The notes: generated from the sequence alone by a model not told the origin. Counted from the stretch's first letter, positions 28,149-37,787 are shown. The stretch: DNA of 48,349 bases from an uncultured Acidiferrobacterales bacterium (GCA_964368085.1 CAYJBG010000004.1:1-48349), one strand, 5' to 3'. Numbers and translations are program-made.

Positions 28149-28829
28149 ATGATCCGGGCGATTGTCACTGACATTGAAGGCACCACCTCCTCCCTGTCAT
28201 TCGTCAAGGACGTACTGTTCCCATACGCGCGCGTGCGCATGGCGGCGTTCGTGCACGAGCATGCCGCGCAACCTGCGCTGCGCGCCCAGCTCGGGGCAGT
28301 CGACGAGATAGTGGGTCGCACACTCACTGAAGACGAAGCAGTCGCCCAGCTGACCCGCTGGATCGACGAGGACAAAAAAATCACCCCGCTCAAGACGCTG
28401 CAAGGCATGATCTGGGAAGCCGGTTACCGGAACGGCGATTTCCAGGGACATGTGTACGAAGATGCCGTACGCCTCCTGCGCGAATGGAAAGACCGGGGCC
28501 TCGCGCTCTATGTGTTTTCTTCCGGTTCCGTGCACGCCCAGAAACTGCTGTTCGGTTACAGCGTCTGCGGCGATCTCACACCTCTGTTCTCCGGTTACTT
28601 CGACACCACCATCGGCGCGAAACGCGCGACCGACGCCTACCGGCACATCACCCAGGACATCGGCATAGCGGCCGGCGAAGTCCTGTTCCTGTCCGACATC
28701 CGCGAGGAACTGGATGCGGCGCAGGCGGCGGGCCTGCACACCTGCTGGCTGGTGCGCGACGGCGCGCTGCCCACCAACCCGCCGCATCCCGTAGCGCGGG
28801 ATTTTTCCGAAATCGCCCTGCCGCGCTAG
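28149..28829 (+). CDS. mtnC: Acireductone synthase / enolase-phosphatase E1
   Basis: DIEGTT, FV-x2-VLFPY, LQGMIW, SSGSV-x-AQKLLF, LFLSD-x3-ELDAA. Confidence 0.95.
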   Translation: MIRAIVTDIEGTTSSLSFVKDVLFPYARVRMAAFVHEHAAQPALRAQLGAVDEIVGRTLTEDEAVAQLTRWIDEDKKITPLKTLQGMIWEAGYRNGDFQGHVYEDAVRLLREWKDRGLALYVFSSGSVHAQKLLFGYSVCGDLTPLFSGYFDTTIGAKRATDAYRHITQDIGIAAGEVLFLSDIREELDAAQAAGLHTCWLVRDGALPTNPPHPVARDFSEIALPR

Positions 28830-28901
28830 TCATGGCCGTGAATACACGCATGCTAGACTGACCTCGACCATTCCCGCGATGGATTCTTCGGAGTAATTGC
28901 C

Positions 28902-29789
28902 ATGCCACATCGACTGACCGCGCTCCTGTTTCTGATATCCGCTCTGCTCCTGACGCCGGCCCTGGCGGCAGAAGACGCAGCCAAAGCTGCGCCCGCGTCA
29001 CCCGGTATCGCCTGGTGGTGGGACGACGCCTGGTGGGAGCAAGGCCGGATTCCGGCGCCAACCAACTACCCGGTCGAAACCCGTTGGGTTTCTTATATGA
29101 GCGGCGACACCGAAATACCGGCGCTGGTTGCGCGCCCGCGCGGCAAGGGAAAATTTCCGGCGGTGCTCTACATGCATGGCCGGCGCGGGCTGGATGAATT
29201 GATCCAGCTGCAGGTGAAGCGCCTGGCAGCGCGCGGCTTCGTGGTGCTGGCGCCGGATGTGTACAAGGCGCATTTCATTCCACCCATGCCGATCGAACAC
29301 GACTACAAGCTGGAAGCGGACGTGAATCATGGCGTGGACGCACTGCTTAAACTTCCGGACGTGAGCACCAAGCAAGCCTGCCTGGCTTCGCTGTCGCGCG
29401 GCGGTTATTACACCCTCAAGGTGGCGGTGACATTCAAGCGTCAGGAACAGGACATCGCCTGTTACGCGTCCTGGTACCCGCACATGCAGGATCCGAATGC
29501 ACCCGAGGCGATGCAGGTCTACGGCTACGCGAAAGAAGCGGACGAACTGAAAATCCCGGCGCTCATCTTCATCGGCGAACAGGAACAATACCAGCGCCGG
29601 CGCAGCATCGAGGAGGCGGTCAAGAACATGGAATTGATGAAGCGCCCGGTGCGGCTCATCGTTTACCCGGGCGTGGGCCGCGGTTTCGACTTCCGCCCGC
29701 CGAACGTGCGCACCTTCGCCGATGACCTGGCCAGCAAGGACGCGTTGCAACGAGCCGCGGATTTCATGCGCCGGCATTTGCAGAAATAA
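28902..29789 (+). CDS. Exported dienelactone-hydrolase-like alpha/beta hydrolase with an atypical active site
   Basis: Signal peptide; PAVLYMHG-x2-G, LAARGFVVLAPD, elbow SLSRGG, YPGVGRGF. Confidence 0.75.
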   Translation: MPHRLTALLFLISALLLTPALAAEDAAKAAPASPGIAWWWDDAWWEQGRIPAPTNYPVETRWVSYMSGDTEIPALVARPRGKGKFPAVLYMHGRRGLDELIQLQVKRLAARGFVVLAPDVYKAHFIPPMPIEHDYKLEADVNHGVDALLKLPDVSTKQACLASLSRGGYYTLKVAVTFKRQEQDIACYASWYPHMQDPNAPEAMQVYGYAKEADELKIPALIFIGEQEQYQRRRSIEEAVKNMELMKRPVRLIVYPGVGRGFDFRPPNVRTFADDLASKDALQRAADFMRRHLQK

Positions 29790-29814
29790 TTAATCGCCGC
29801 AGATAACGCAGGCC

Positions 29815-29884
29815 ATGGGATGGGTGAAACTCATCGGCCTGCTTCCCGCCTGTGGCAGTGACTGATGGGTTTCACCCATCCTAC
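29815..29884. repeat. REP doublet (GTAGGATGGG family) between convergent genes
   Basis: ATGG-GATGGGTGAAACTCATC ... GATGGGTTTCACCCATC-CTAC. Confidence 0.6.
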
Positions 29885-29890
29885 GTGAGT

Positions 29891-30538
29891 CTACAGCTCG
29901 CGCGACGGACAGAGTGGCCCGAGTTTGCAGGCGCCACACAATGGACGCTTGCGGCAGACATCTTTGGCGTGCGCCACGATCAACGCATGGTATTCATTGA
30001 ACAGCGGCGCGTCAGTTGTCAGTGACTTCTCGAACAACCTGCGCAGTGTTTCATAGTCTTCGTCGCCCTGAATCAACCCGAGCCGCCGGAAAAGACGGCG
30101 CGTGTAGGCATCGATCACAAACACCGGCCGATTAAAGGCGTAGAGCAGAATATCGTCGGCGGTTTCCGGGCCGATGCCGTGCACCTGTAACAATTCGGCG
30201 CGCAAGATTTCGGTCGGCAGGCGCGCGATGCGCTGCGCGCCGCCTTGGCGGATCAACCATTCGCAAAACGCGCGTATACGCTGCGCCTTGATGTTGAAAT
30301 ATCCGGAGGGCTTGAGCCATGCGGCCAGGCGGCGGTGCGGAGCGGCGGCAATGGTTTCGGGTGACAAGGCCATGGCCGCCTTGAGATTGGCGATCGCCTT
30401 CTCGACGTTTGTCCAGGCGGTGTTCTGGGTCAGCACCGCGCCGACCATGATCTCGAAGGCGCTGTCGCCCGGCCACCAGTGTTGCGGCCCGTGCGCGGCA
30501 GCAAGCCGCCGATAGACCGCCATCAACCGGCGCTTCAT
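29891..30538 (-). CDS. Endonuclease III-related HhH-GPD protein
   Basis: GPQHWWP, GAVLTQNT-x-W, GIGPETAD, C-x6-C-x2-C-x5-C Fe-S motif. Confidence 0.88.
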   Translation of the reverse strand: MKRRLMAVYRRLAAAHGPQHWWPGDSAFEIMVGAVLTQNTAWTNVEKAIANLKAAMALSPETIAAAPHRRLAAWLKPSGYFNIKAQRIRAFCEWLIRQGGAQRIARLPTEILRAELLQVHGIGPETADDILLYAFNRPVFVIDAYTRRLFRRLGLIQGDEDYETLRRLFEKSLTTDAPLFNEYHALIVAHAKDVCRKRPLCGACKLGPLCPSREL

Positions 30539-31419
30539 CGACCGCGGCGACGGGTGGCGGGAGGACGGCCTGACCGCGCGGCCGATTTCTTCGTGTCCGG
30601 GCGTGTGTGTGCGGCGCGCTTCCGGGCGGTGGGTTGGTTCTTGCGTTGACGCGGCTCCTCCGGCGGGAGCCCGACACTGGCAAGCAACGCCGCCATCGTT
30701 TCCTTGTCCAGTTCCTCCCAGCGTCCCGGTCGCAGCAGGCGCGGCAGCTTTACCGGCCCGAAGCGCACGCGGATCAGGCGGCTCACCTTCACGCCGACCG
30801 CTTCCCACAGACGCCGTACCTCGCGGTTGCGGCCTTCCTTGAGCGTGACGTGATACCAATGGTTGGCGCCTTCGCCGCCGGCGTCCGCGATGTCATCAAA
30901 ATGCGCCGGACCGTCCTCGAGCTGTACGCCCGCGCGCAGACGCGCGAGCATGTCTGCGTCCACATTGCCCAGTACGCGCACCGCATACTCGCGCTCGATT
31001 TCGCTGGACGGATGCATGAGACGATTGGCCAGCTCACCGTCGGTGGTGAACAGCAGCAGGCCCTGGGTGTTGAAATCGAGGCGCCCGATGACGATCCAGC
31101 GCGCGCCGCGCAATACCGGCAGATGATCGAAGACCGTCGCGCGGCCTTGCGGATCGGCGGTGGTACAGACCTGGCCTTCCGGTTTGCTGTATACGATGAC
31201 GCGCTGACGCGTGCCGTGGCGAGCGCTGGCCGAGAGCGGCTGACCATCCACGCGGATATCCTGCTCCGGTAGCACGCGATCGCCGAGCTTGGCCACGACG
31301 CCGTTCACGGTCACGCGTCCGTCTTCGATCCAGAGCTCAAGTTCGCGGCGCGAGCCCAGGCCCGCGCGCGCCAGCACTTTCTGAAGCTTCTCGGTCGGGT
31401 GCGCAACCTTTTCAGCCAC
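30535..31419 (-). CDS. rluB: 23S rRNA pseudouridine synthase B
   Basis: EKLQKVLARAG-x-GSRRE, GRLDFNT-x-GLLLFT, EGRNREVRRLW. Confidence 0.93.
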   Translation of the reverse strand: MAEKVAHPTEKLQKVLARAGLGSRRELELWIEDGRVTVNGVVAKLGDRVLPEQDIRVDGQPLSASARHGTRQRVIVYSKPEGQVCTTADPQGRATVFDHLPVLRGARWIVIGRLDFNTQGLLLFTTDGELANRLMHPSSEIEREYAVRVLGNVDADMLARLRAGVQLEDGPAHFDDIADAGGEGANHWYHVTLKEGRNREVRRLWEAVGVKVSRLIRVRFGPVKLPRLLRPGRWEELDKETMAALLASVGLPPEEPRQRKNQPTARKRAAHTRPDTKKSAARSGRPPATRRRGR

Positions 31420-31613
31420 GGATGAACCCGGATGAACATGGGTTAAAAATAATTATATTTCGCCACAGATGCACACAGATCAAGAAAGGAGTAATACCAA
31501 TCCAATTTTAATCAGAAAATAACCAATATCCCCTTCTCCCCGCAAGCGGGGAGAAGGGGTGATGGTGCGCTCTTTAATTTAGAATTGGAGTTATCTGTGT
31601 TCATCTGCGGCCA
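31415..31613. repeat. CCACAGATGAACACAGAT-family repeats plus a CCCTTCTCCC hairpin between scpB and rluB
   Basis: GCCACGGATGAACCCGGATGAACA (~31415), GCCACAGATGCACACAGAT (~31462), inverted ATCTGTGTTCATCTGCGGC (~31593); hairpin at 31530-31559. Confidence 0.6.
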
Positions 31614-32223
31614 CCGTGTTTTCAGTGACGGCCTGCGCAGGAGTTTCTTCGTCCACCGGCAGGCGCAGATTGAGTTCGGCGCTGATCTTCTCGATGTCAC
31701 GCAGCTCGATGAGCGGCGGCAGCTCGTCCAGACCGCTCAGATTGAAGTGTTCGAGGAAACCGCGCGTGGTGCCGTACAGCGCCGGGTGGCCGGGCACGTC
31801 GCGCGTGCCCACCTGACGCACCCAGTCGCGGCCGAGCAGGGTCTTGATGATCTCGGTCGACACCGCCACGCCGCGGATGTCCTCGATCTCGCCGCGCGTC
31901 ACCGGCTGGCGATAGGCGATGATGGCCAGTGTTTCGAGCAGCGCGCGCGAGTAGCGCACCGGGCGTTCCTCCGACAGGCGCGCGATCCATCGCGTGTACT
32001 TTTCCTTGCTCTGAAAGCGGAAGCCCTGATCGGCCTGGCGCAGTTCGATGCCGCGCTGTTCGCATTCGGCCTCGAGCGCCTTGAGCGCCGCGCGCACCTC
32101 GTCGCGCGCCGGGCGCGATTCCTCGGGGAACAGCGACAGCAACTTGTCGATGGTCAACGGCTGGCCGGCCACCAGCAACGCGGCCTCGATGATGTTCTTG
32201 AGTTCGGAGTGGGTATCAGTCAT
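31591..32223 (-). CDS. scpB: SMC segregation protein ScpB
   Basis: YSRALLETLAIIAYRQPVTRGEIEDIRGV, PGHPALYGTT. Confidence 0.95.
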   Translation of the reverse strand: MTDTHSELKNIIEAALLVAGQPLTIDKLLSLFPEESRPARDEVRAALKALEAECEQRGIELRQADQGFRFQSKEKYTRWIARLSEERPVRYSRALLETLAIIAYRQPVTRGEIEDIRGVAVSTEIIKTLLGRDWVRQVGTRDVPGHPALYGTTRGFLEHFNLSGLDELPPLIELRDIEKISAELNLRLPVDEETPAQAVTENTVAADEHR

Positions 32224-33041
32224 CAGGCTACAGCCTTCACGTGGATCGGGGCATAAGGTTCATTCTGGACCAGCACCAGCAGCGACTCCTTGAGCAGTTC
32301 GAGCACCGCCATGAAGGTCACGACCACGCCCATGCGGCCCTCGCGCACGTCGAACAGCGACTCGAAGCTCAGAAAGTTCTCGGCATCGATGCGGCCCAGA
32401 ATCTGGGTCATGCGCTCGCGCACCGACAGCGCCTCCATCAGCACGCGGTGGTGACGGTACATCTGCGCGCGCTGCAGCACGCCGCGGAACGCGTCGAACA
32501 TCTCGAACAGCGTCACGTTCGGCTCGACGCGTTTGACCGGCTGGTCGTCGCACTCGACCAGTGCCAGGAACACCTCGCGCCCGGCACGCGGCCGGCCGTC
32601 GATGTCCTCGGCGGCCTGGCGATAGCGCTCGTATTCCTGCAAGCGCCGGATCAACTGGGCGCGCGGGTCATCTTCCTCATTTTCGCCCTCGGGCGGACGT
32701 GGCAGCAGCATGCGCGACTTGATCTCGGCCAGCATCGCGGCCATCACCAGATACTCGGCGGCCAGTTCGAGACGCGCCGACTGCATCAGCCCGACGTATT
32801 CCATGTACTGGCGGGTGATTTCGGCGATCGGGATATCGAGGATATCGAGGTTCTGTTTGCGAATGAGATAGAGCAGAAGATCGAGCGGGCCCTCGAAGGC
32901 TTCGAGAATCACCTCAAGCGCGTCCGGCGGAATGTACAGGTCGAGCGGCATCTCGGTGATCGCCTCGCCGCGTACGATGGCGAACGGCATCTCCGCCTGC
33001 GGCGATTGCGGGAGCGGCGTTTCGGTGGTCGGTGTGGTCAT
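32223..33041 (-). CDS. scpA: SMC kleisin ScpA
   Basis: FEGPLDLLLYLI, AAEYLVMAAMLAEIKSRMLLP, VVVTF-x-A-x-LEL. Confidence 0.95.
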   Translation of the reverse strand: MTTPTTETPLPQSPQAEMPFAIVRGEAITEMPLDLYIPPDALEVILEAFEGPLDLLLYLIRKQNLDILDIPIAEITRQYMEYVGLMQSARLELAAEYLVMAAMLAEIKSRMLLPRPPEGENEEDDPRAQLIRRLQEYERYRQAAEDIDGRPRAGREVFLALVECDDQPVKRVEPNVTLFEMFDAFRGVLQRAQMYRHHRVLMEALSVRERMTQILGRIDAENFLSFESLFDVREGRMGVVVTFMAVLELLKESLLVLVQNEPYAPIHVKAVA

Positions 33042-34261
33042 CAGCTGTATTCCAGTCCCATGCTGCGGCGCACATCCTGGAGCGTCTCATCCGCGGCTTC
33101 GCGTGCGCGCCGGCAGCCCTGCGCAATCACGTTCTTGACCAGCGTCGGGTCGGCGGCGAGCGCCACGGCGCGCTCCTGGATCGGTTGCAGTTCGGCCAGC
33201 ACGGCGTCGATGACCGGCTGCTTGCAGTCGAGGCAGCCGATCGAGGCCGCACGGCAACCCTGCTGCACCCATTGTTTCACATCGGCACCGGAGTAGACCA
33301 GATGAAACGGCCACACCGGGCACTTGTCCGGATCGCCCGGGTCGGTGCGATGCACGCGCTGCGGGTCGGTCGGCATGGTGCGCAGCTTTTTTGTGATCTC
33401 CGCGGGCGGCTCGCGCAGGCCGATGGTGTTGTTGTACGACTTGGACATCTTCTGGCCGTCCAGACCGGGCATTTTCGCCGCCTCGGTGAGCAGCGCCTGC
33501 GGCTCGACCAGGATCTGGCGCCCGCCGCCCTCGAGGAAACCGAGCAGACGCTCGCGGTCGCCGAGCGTGATGTTCATCTGCTTTTCCACCAGCTCGCGCG
33601 CGGTGCCAAGCGCCTCGCGCTCGCCGCGCTCGAGCCAGGCGGCACGCAGCTCGCCGTACAGCTTGCCGGCCTTCTTGCCCATCTTCTTGATCGCCGCGCG
33701 GCACAGATCTTCATAACCCGGCTCGCGCCCGTACAGAAAATTGAAACGCCGTGCCACCTCGCGGGTGACCTCGACATGCGCCACCTGGTCCTCGCCGACC
33801 GGCACCAGGCCGGCGCGATAGATGAGAATATCGGCGCTCTGCAACAGCGGGTAACCGAGAAACCCGTAGGTCGAAAGATCCTTGTCCTTGAGCTTGATCT
33901 GCTGGTCCTTGTAGGTCGGCACGCGCTCCAGCCACGAGAGCGGCGTAATCATCGACAGCAACAGGTGCAGCTCGGCGTGCTCCGGCACGCGCGACTGAAT
34001 AAAGAGCGTGGTACTGTCCGGGTCGACGCCCACGGCCAGCCAGTCGATCACCATGTCCCACACGTTTTCCTCGAAGCCGCGCGGGTCCTCGTAGTGGGTG
34101 GAGAGCGCGTGCCAATCGGCAACGAAGAAGAAGCACTGGTATTCGTTCTGGAGCCTGAGCCAGTTCTTGAGCACACCGTGGTAATGGCCCAGGTGCAGGC
34201 GGCCGGTCGGGCGCATGCCGGAGAGTACGCGTTGCGTCTGGCCGGGGCGAACGGCGCTCAT
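33041..34261 (-). CDS. trpS: Tryptophan--tRNA ligase
   Basis: SGMRPTGRLHLGH, YPLLQSADIL, VPVGEDQ, KMSKS. Confidence 0.96.
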   Translation of the reverse strand: MSAVRPGQTQRVLSGMRPTGRLHLGHYHGVLKNWLRLQNEYQCFFFVADWHALSTHYEDPRGFEENVWDMVIDWLAVGVDPDSTTLFIQSRVPEHAELHLLLSMITPLSWLERVPTYKDQQIKLKDKDLSTYGFLGYPLLQSADILIYRAGLVPVGEDQVAHVEVTREVARRFNFLYGREPGYEDLCRAAIKKMGKKAGKLYGELRAAWLERGEREALGTARELVEKQMNITLGDRERLLGFLEGGGRQILVEPQALLTEAAKMPGLDGQKMSKSYNNTIGLREPPAEITKKLRTMPTDPQRVHRTDPGDPDKCPVWPFHLVYSGADVKQWVQQGCRAASIGCLDCKQPVIDAVLAELQPIQERAVALAADPTLVKNVIAQGCRRAREAADETLQDVRRSMGLEYS

Positions 34262-34265
34262 CGGA

Positions 34266-34922
34266 TCACAACCCGACCGCGAACTTCACAAATCCTTCCA
34301 CCAGCTTGGTCATCGGACCGATGATGAACCAGAGCATGCCGGTAATCATGAGCCCCAGAAGGATAAAGAAGCCATAGGGCTCCACACGGCTCAACCGCCA
34401 GCCCCAAGGCCCCGGCAACAGGCCCACGGCCACGCGCCCGCCGTCGAGCGGCGGCAACGGCAGGAGGTTGAAGACCATCAGCAACACATTGACATAAATT
34501 CCGATCGTGCCCATGAGCTGCATCGGTACCGCCGCCCACGCCCAGTCCGGCGGCGTCAAGGTACTGAGCTTCGCGACCACGCCCCAAAGCAGCGCCATCA
34601 GCAGATTGGCGGCCGGGCCGGCGGCGGCCACAAAAATCATGTCGCGCTTCGGGTGACGCAGGTTCTCCCAGGTGACGGGCACCGGTTTGGCCCAGCCGAA
34701 CAGGAATCCGGACTTGAGCAGAAGCAGGAGTCCCGGGACCAGAATGGTGCCGACCGGATCGATGTGCTTGACCGGATTCAGCGTCAATCGTCCAAGACGC
34801 TGTGCGGTGGGATCGCCGAATTGCTTGGCGACCCAGCCGTGGGCAACTTCGTGAACAGTAATGGCGAACAGTACCGGCAGGATCGCAACCGCAAACACCT
34901 GCAGTGAATTCAATTCTTGCAT
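34266..34922 (-). CDS. Site-2 protease (M50) family protein
   Basis: HEVAH, AAAGPAAN, FNLLPLPPLDGG. Confidence 0.92.
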   Translation of the reverse strand: MQELNSLQVFAVAILPVLFAITVHEVAHGWVAKQFGDPTAQRLGRLTLNPVKHIDPVGTILVPGLLLLLKSGFLFGWAKPVPVTWENLRHPKRDMIFVAAAGPAANLLMALLWGVVAKLSTLTPPDWAWAAVPMQLMGTIGIYVNVLLMVFNLLPLPPLDGGRVAVGLLPGPWGWRLSRVEPYGFFILLGLMITGMLWFIIGPMTKLVEGFVKFAVGL

Positions 34923-35013
34923 CGCGGGAGTATATCAGGCTACCGGCCCCCGGCAGAAACACAGCCGGAATCCCCCGAGTGAACAGGGGCGCGCGAAGGC
35001 GCGCATCGGCTCG

Positions 35014-35092
35014 CCCCCCTCTCCCCCTGGGAGAGGGGATGGGGGTGAGGGCAATCTCCCTCACCCTTTGCCCTCTCCCAAGGGGAGAGGGG
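35014..35092. repeat. CCCTCTCCC/CCCTCACCC palindromic repeat pair
   Basis: CCCCTCTCCCCCTGGGAGAGGGG...GGGGTGAGGG followed by the inverted unit; same family at ~218-276, 43961-43992 and 44039-44073. Confidence 0.7.
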
Positions 35093-35173
35093 AAGTAGGT
35101 GAGAATCTCTATTCCGGTCGGAATGAGTGTGAGGGTGGGTGAGGAGATGAAGGTGCACGTTGACTATTTTGAA

Positions 35174-35797
35174 TCAGGCTTGAAACGGCGCCGGGTCGCC
35201 CTTGCCGGTGCGCGTGACCCGCGCCGCGCCTTCTTCCAGCACCACGACCGTGGTCGGCTCGATGTCGCAGGGACCGGCGTCGATCACCAAATCGATCTCA
35301 TGTTCGAGACGCGCGCGGATTTCGTGTGCGTCGGCGAACGGCGCTTCCTCGGACGGCAGGATCAGGCTGACGCTCATCAGCGGCTCGCCGAGCTCGGCGA
35401 GCAGCGCATGCACCACCGGATGCGCCGGCAGGCGCAGACCGATGGTCTTGCGTTTGGCGTGCTGCAGGCGCCGCGGCACCTCGCGGGTCGCCGGCAATAT
35501 AAAAGTATAGGCGCCGGGAGTGTGCGCCTTGAGCAGGCGGAAATCGGCGTCGCCGACGCGTGCATACTGGGCGAGCTGCGAGAGATCGGCGCACACCAGG
35601 GTGAAATTGTGCTTGTCGTCCAGACGGCGGATGCGGCGGATGCGCTCCATCGCCTGCTTGTCGCCGATGTGGCAGCCGAGCGCGTAGCTGGAATCGGTGG
35701 GATAGGCGATCACCCCGCCGCGCCGGATAATCTCCACTGCCTGACGAATGAGGCGTTGTTGCGGGTTGACGGGGTGAATCTGGAAATACTGGGCCAT
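35174..35797 (-). CDS. yciO: Sua5/YciO/YrdC-family protein
   Basis: MAQYFQIHP-x-NPQ-x-RLI, YPTDSSYALGC, HNFTL, TPGAYTFIL. Confidence 0.9.
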   Translation of the reverse strand: MAQYFQIHPVNPQQRLIRQAVEIIRRGGVIAYPTDSSYALGCHIGDKQAMERIRRIRRLDDKHNFTLVCADLSQLAQYARVGDADFRLLKAHTPGAYTFILPATREVPRRLQHAKRKTIGLRLPAHPVVHALLAELGEPLMSVSLILPSEEAPFADAHEIRARLEHEIDLVIDAGPCDIEPTTVVVLEEGAARVTRTGKGDPAPFQA

Positions 35798-35907
35798 GAC
35801 GAATGCAGACTGCGGGGCGCGGAGTCCAACCGCCTCCGCAGCCCCGCTGGGCGGTGTGATCAATGGTTAATTTTATGCAGGCATGCTTTCCTCAAGACGG
35901 ATTCGGT

Positions 35908-36588
35908 CTATGGCTTCTTGCGCCCGCGCGTCTGCATGAAGCGCTCCAGCATTTCGCCCGCCCACTTCTGGCTGCCGAGACCGAAGGCCAGCGCCGCGCC
36001 GAAGCAGGCGGCGCCGAACGCAATATAGAAGGCGTTCCTGAGAATCTCGCCGCCGATGTCCATTTGCGCAAGCGCCAGAATCACCACGAAGGACATGATC
36101 GCGTAGCGCGTGAAGCGCCCGAGAATCTCCGCGTCATCCAGGCCCACATTCTTACCATAGGTAATAACGCTCTCGGCCAGCAGGCGGGCAAAGTACAGAC
36201 CGATGGCGATAATCAGCACCGCGACAATCACGTTCGGCACGAACAGCGCCACGCGCCGCAGCAATTCCGACACCACGCCCAGACCAAGAGTATTGAAGGC
36301 GGTGAGCAAGGTAATCAGAATGACCAGCCAGTAGCCGAGCACGCCAAGCACATCGATGGTGGTCATGCGGCTGCCGCCGTTTTTAAGAAAGTCATCCACC
36401 CCGGCTTTCTCGGCGATCACGTTGAAGCGCGCCAGCTTCAGGCCGCGCACAATCGCCCACTGCACGGCCTTGGCAATGAGCCAGCCGAGCACCAGCACAA
36501 TGAGCGCGCCGGTGAGTTTGGGCAGAAACCGGCCGATCTCGACCAGATAGGTGTGCACGGAATCCATAATCAGATTGACCTGATCCAT
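35908..36588 (-). CDS. Conserved TM-helix repeat membrane protein (CmpX/MscS N-terminal-like)
   Basis: RBS GGAGG; two FLP-x-L-x2-A-type repeats; ALAFGLG. Confidence 0.8.
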   Translation of the reverse strand: MDQVNLIMDSVHTYLVEIGRFLPKLTGALIVLVLGWLIAKAVQWAIVRGLKLARFNVIAEKAGVDDFLKNGGSRMTTIDVLGVLGYWLVILITLLTAFNTLGLGVVSELLRRVALFVPNVIVAVLIIAIGLYFARLLAESVITYGKNVGLDDAEILGRFTRYAIMSFVVILALAQMDIGGEILRNAFYIAFGAACFGAALAFGLGSQKWAGEMLERFMQTRGRKKP

Positions 36589-36626
36589 ACTCCCTCCTTG
36601 ATAGCGTGTTGTCACAGGAACGGCGC

Positions 36627-37787
36627 TTACACTACCACAGGCGTCAGTGCGGGCAAGCCGCCGGCGGATGTGGCCGCGCTGCTCCGACCGCCATGGATGG
36701 CGACCGCTTCGGGCTCCTGCCCTCTCGCGGCATTACTCCATCCATGGAGGGCAGAAGTGCCGGCGACCGCCAGGGATGGCGGAAGTGCGGAAAACGCAGG
36801 AGCAGTTTTTCCGCAAACGCAGGAGCAGTTTTCCGGCCGACCGCCTGGGAAGGCGGGAGCGCCGGAGCAGTTTGTCCCCGTAGGGACGGCTTCGCGCTCC
36901 GGCCACGCCTGCCATATCGGCGTACATCCATCCGGCAGCGGCGGCAACGGTCCCAGGTCCATGCGGCAATTTTGCGGGCTGTGGAAATCCGAGCCGCTGG
37001 AGGCAAGCAGACCGTGGTTACGCGCAAGCTGCGCGAAGCGAAACATGTCGTCGCGGCTGTGGCTGCCGGAAACCACTTCGATGGCCGCGCCGCCGGCATC
37101 GCGAAACTCGTTAAGCAGCTTCTTGAGGCGCGTGGCGGTAACCTTGTAGCGTGCCGGGTGCGCCAACACCGCCTGGCCGCCGGCGGCGCGTATCCAGCCG
37201 ATGGCTTCGTCGAGCGTCGCCCACTGTCCCGGCACATGCCCGGGTTTGCCCTGCACCAGAAATTTCTTGAATACGCTGCGCACGTCGGCGGCGTGGCCGG
37301 CGCCCACCAGGAATTGGGCGAAATGGGTGCGACTCACAAGGCCGCGCCGGGCGCGTGCACGTGCACCTTCGATGGCGCCCGCTATGCCGGCCTTGGCCAG
37401 ACGCCGGCCGATCTCCTCGGCGCGCCAGTCGCGGAATTCGCGCAGGCGCGCGAGTCCGGCTTGGAGCGCGGCATTGGCCGTATCGATGTTGAGGCCGAGG
37501 ACATGCACCGTCTGCCCGCCCCGACCGCCATGGATGGCGGAAGTGCCGGAAACGCAGGAGCGGTTTTCCGGCCAGGTGACTGAAATCTCGACCCCCGGCA
37601 CCAGCGTGATGCCGGCCGCATCGGCGGCAGCGCGCGCTTCGGGCAGGCCGTCGGTCACGTCGTGATCGGTGAGCGCCAGCACCTGCACACCGTTGGCCGC
37701 AGCGCGCAACACCAGCTCGGCCGGCGATAAGGCACCATCGGAATAGAACGTGTGGGTATGAAGATCGTAGACAGGCGTCTCGGTCAT
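36627..37787 (-). CDS. yciV: PHP-domain phosphoesterase (YciV/TrpH) carrying in-frame repeat insertions
   Basis: DLHTHT-x2-SDG, LALTDHD, GVEIS, LAHPARY, GSDFH; 17-aa and 73-aa inserts derived from the 51-bp element. Confidence 0.9.
   Translation of the reverse strand: MTETPVYDLHTHTFYSDGALSPAELVLRAAANGVQVLALTDHDVTDGLPEARAAADAAGITLVPGVEISVTWPENRSCVSGTSAIHGGRGGQTVHVLGLNIDTANAALQAGLARLREFRDWRAEEIGRRLAKAGIAGAIEGARARARRGLVSRTHFAQFLVGAGHAADVRSVFKKFLVQGKPGHVPGQWATLDEAIGWIRAAGGQAVLAHPARYKVTATRLKKLLNEFRDAGGAAIEVVSGSHSRDDMFRFAQLARNHGLLASSGSDFHSPQNCRMDLGPLPPLPDGCTPIWQAWPEREAVPTGTNCSGAPAFPGGRPENCSCVCGKTAPAFSALPPSLAVAGTSALHGWSNAARGQEPEAVAIHGGRSSAATSAGGLPALTPVVV
36685..36903. repeat. Nested cluster of 51-bp double-hairpin elements (219 bp) inside the yciV 3' end
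   Basis: Outer A 36685-36837 contains B 36703-36753 (inverted) and a second A 36764-36814; adjacent A-derivative 36838-36903 carries the 24-bp C at 36874-36897. Confidence 0.85.
37522..37572. repeat. Single 51-bp element A inserted in frame in yciV
   Basis: CGACCGCCATGGATGGCGGAAGTGCCGGAAACGCAGGAGCGGTTTTCCGGC splits EISVTW|GGQTVHVLG. Confidence 0.88.
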
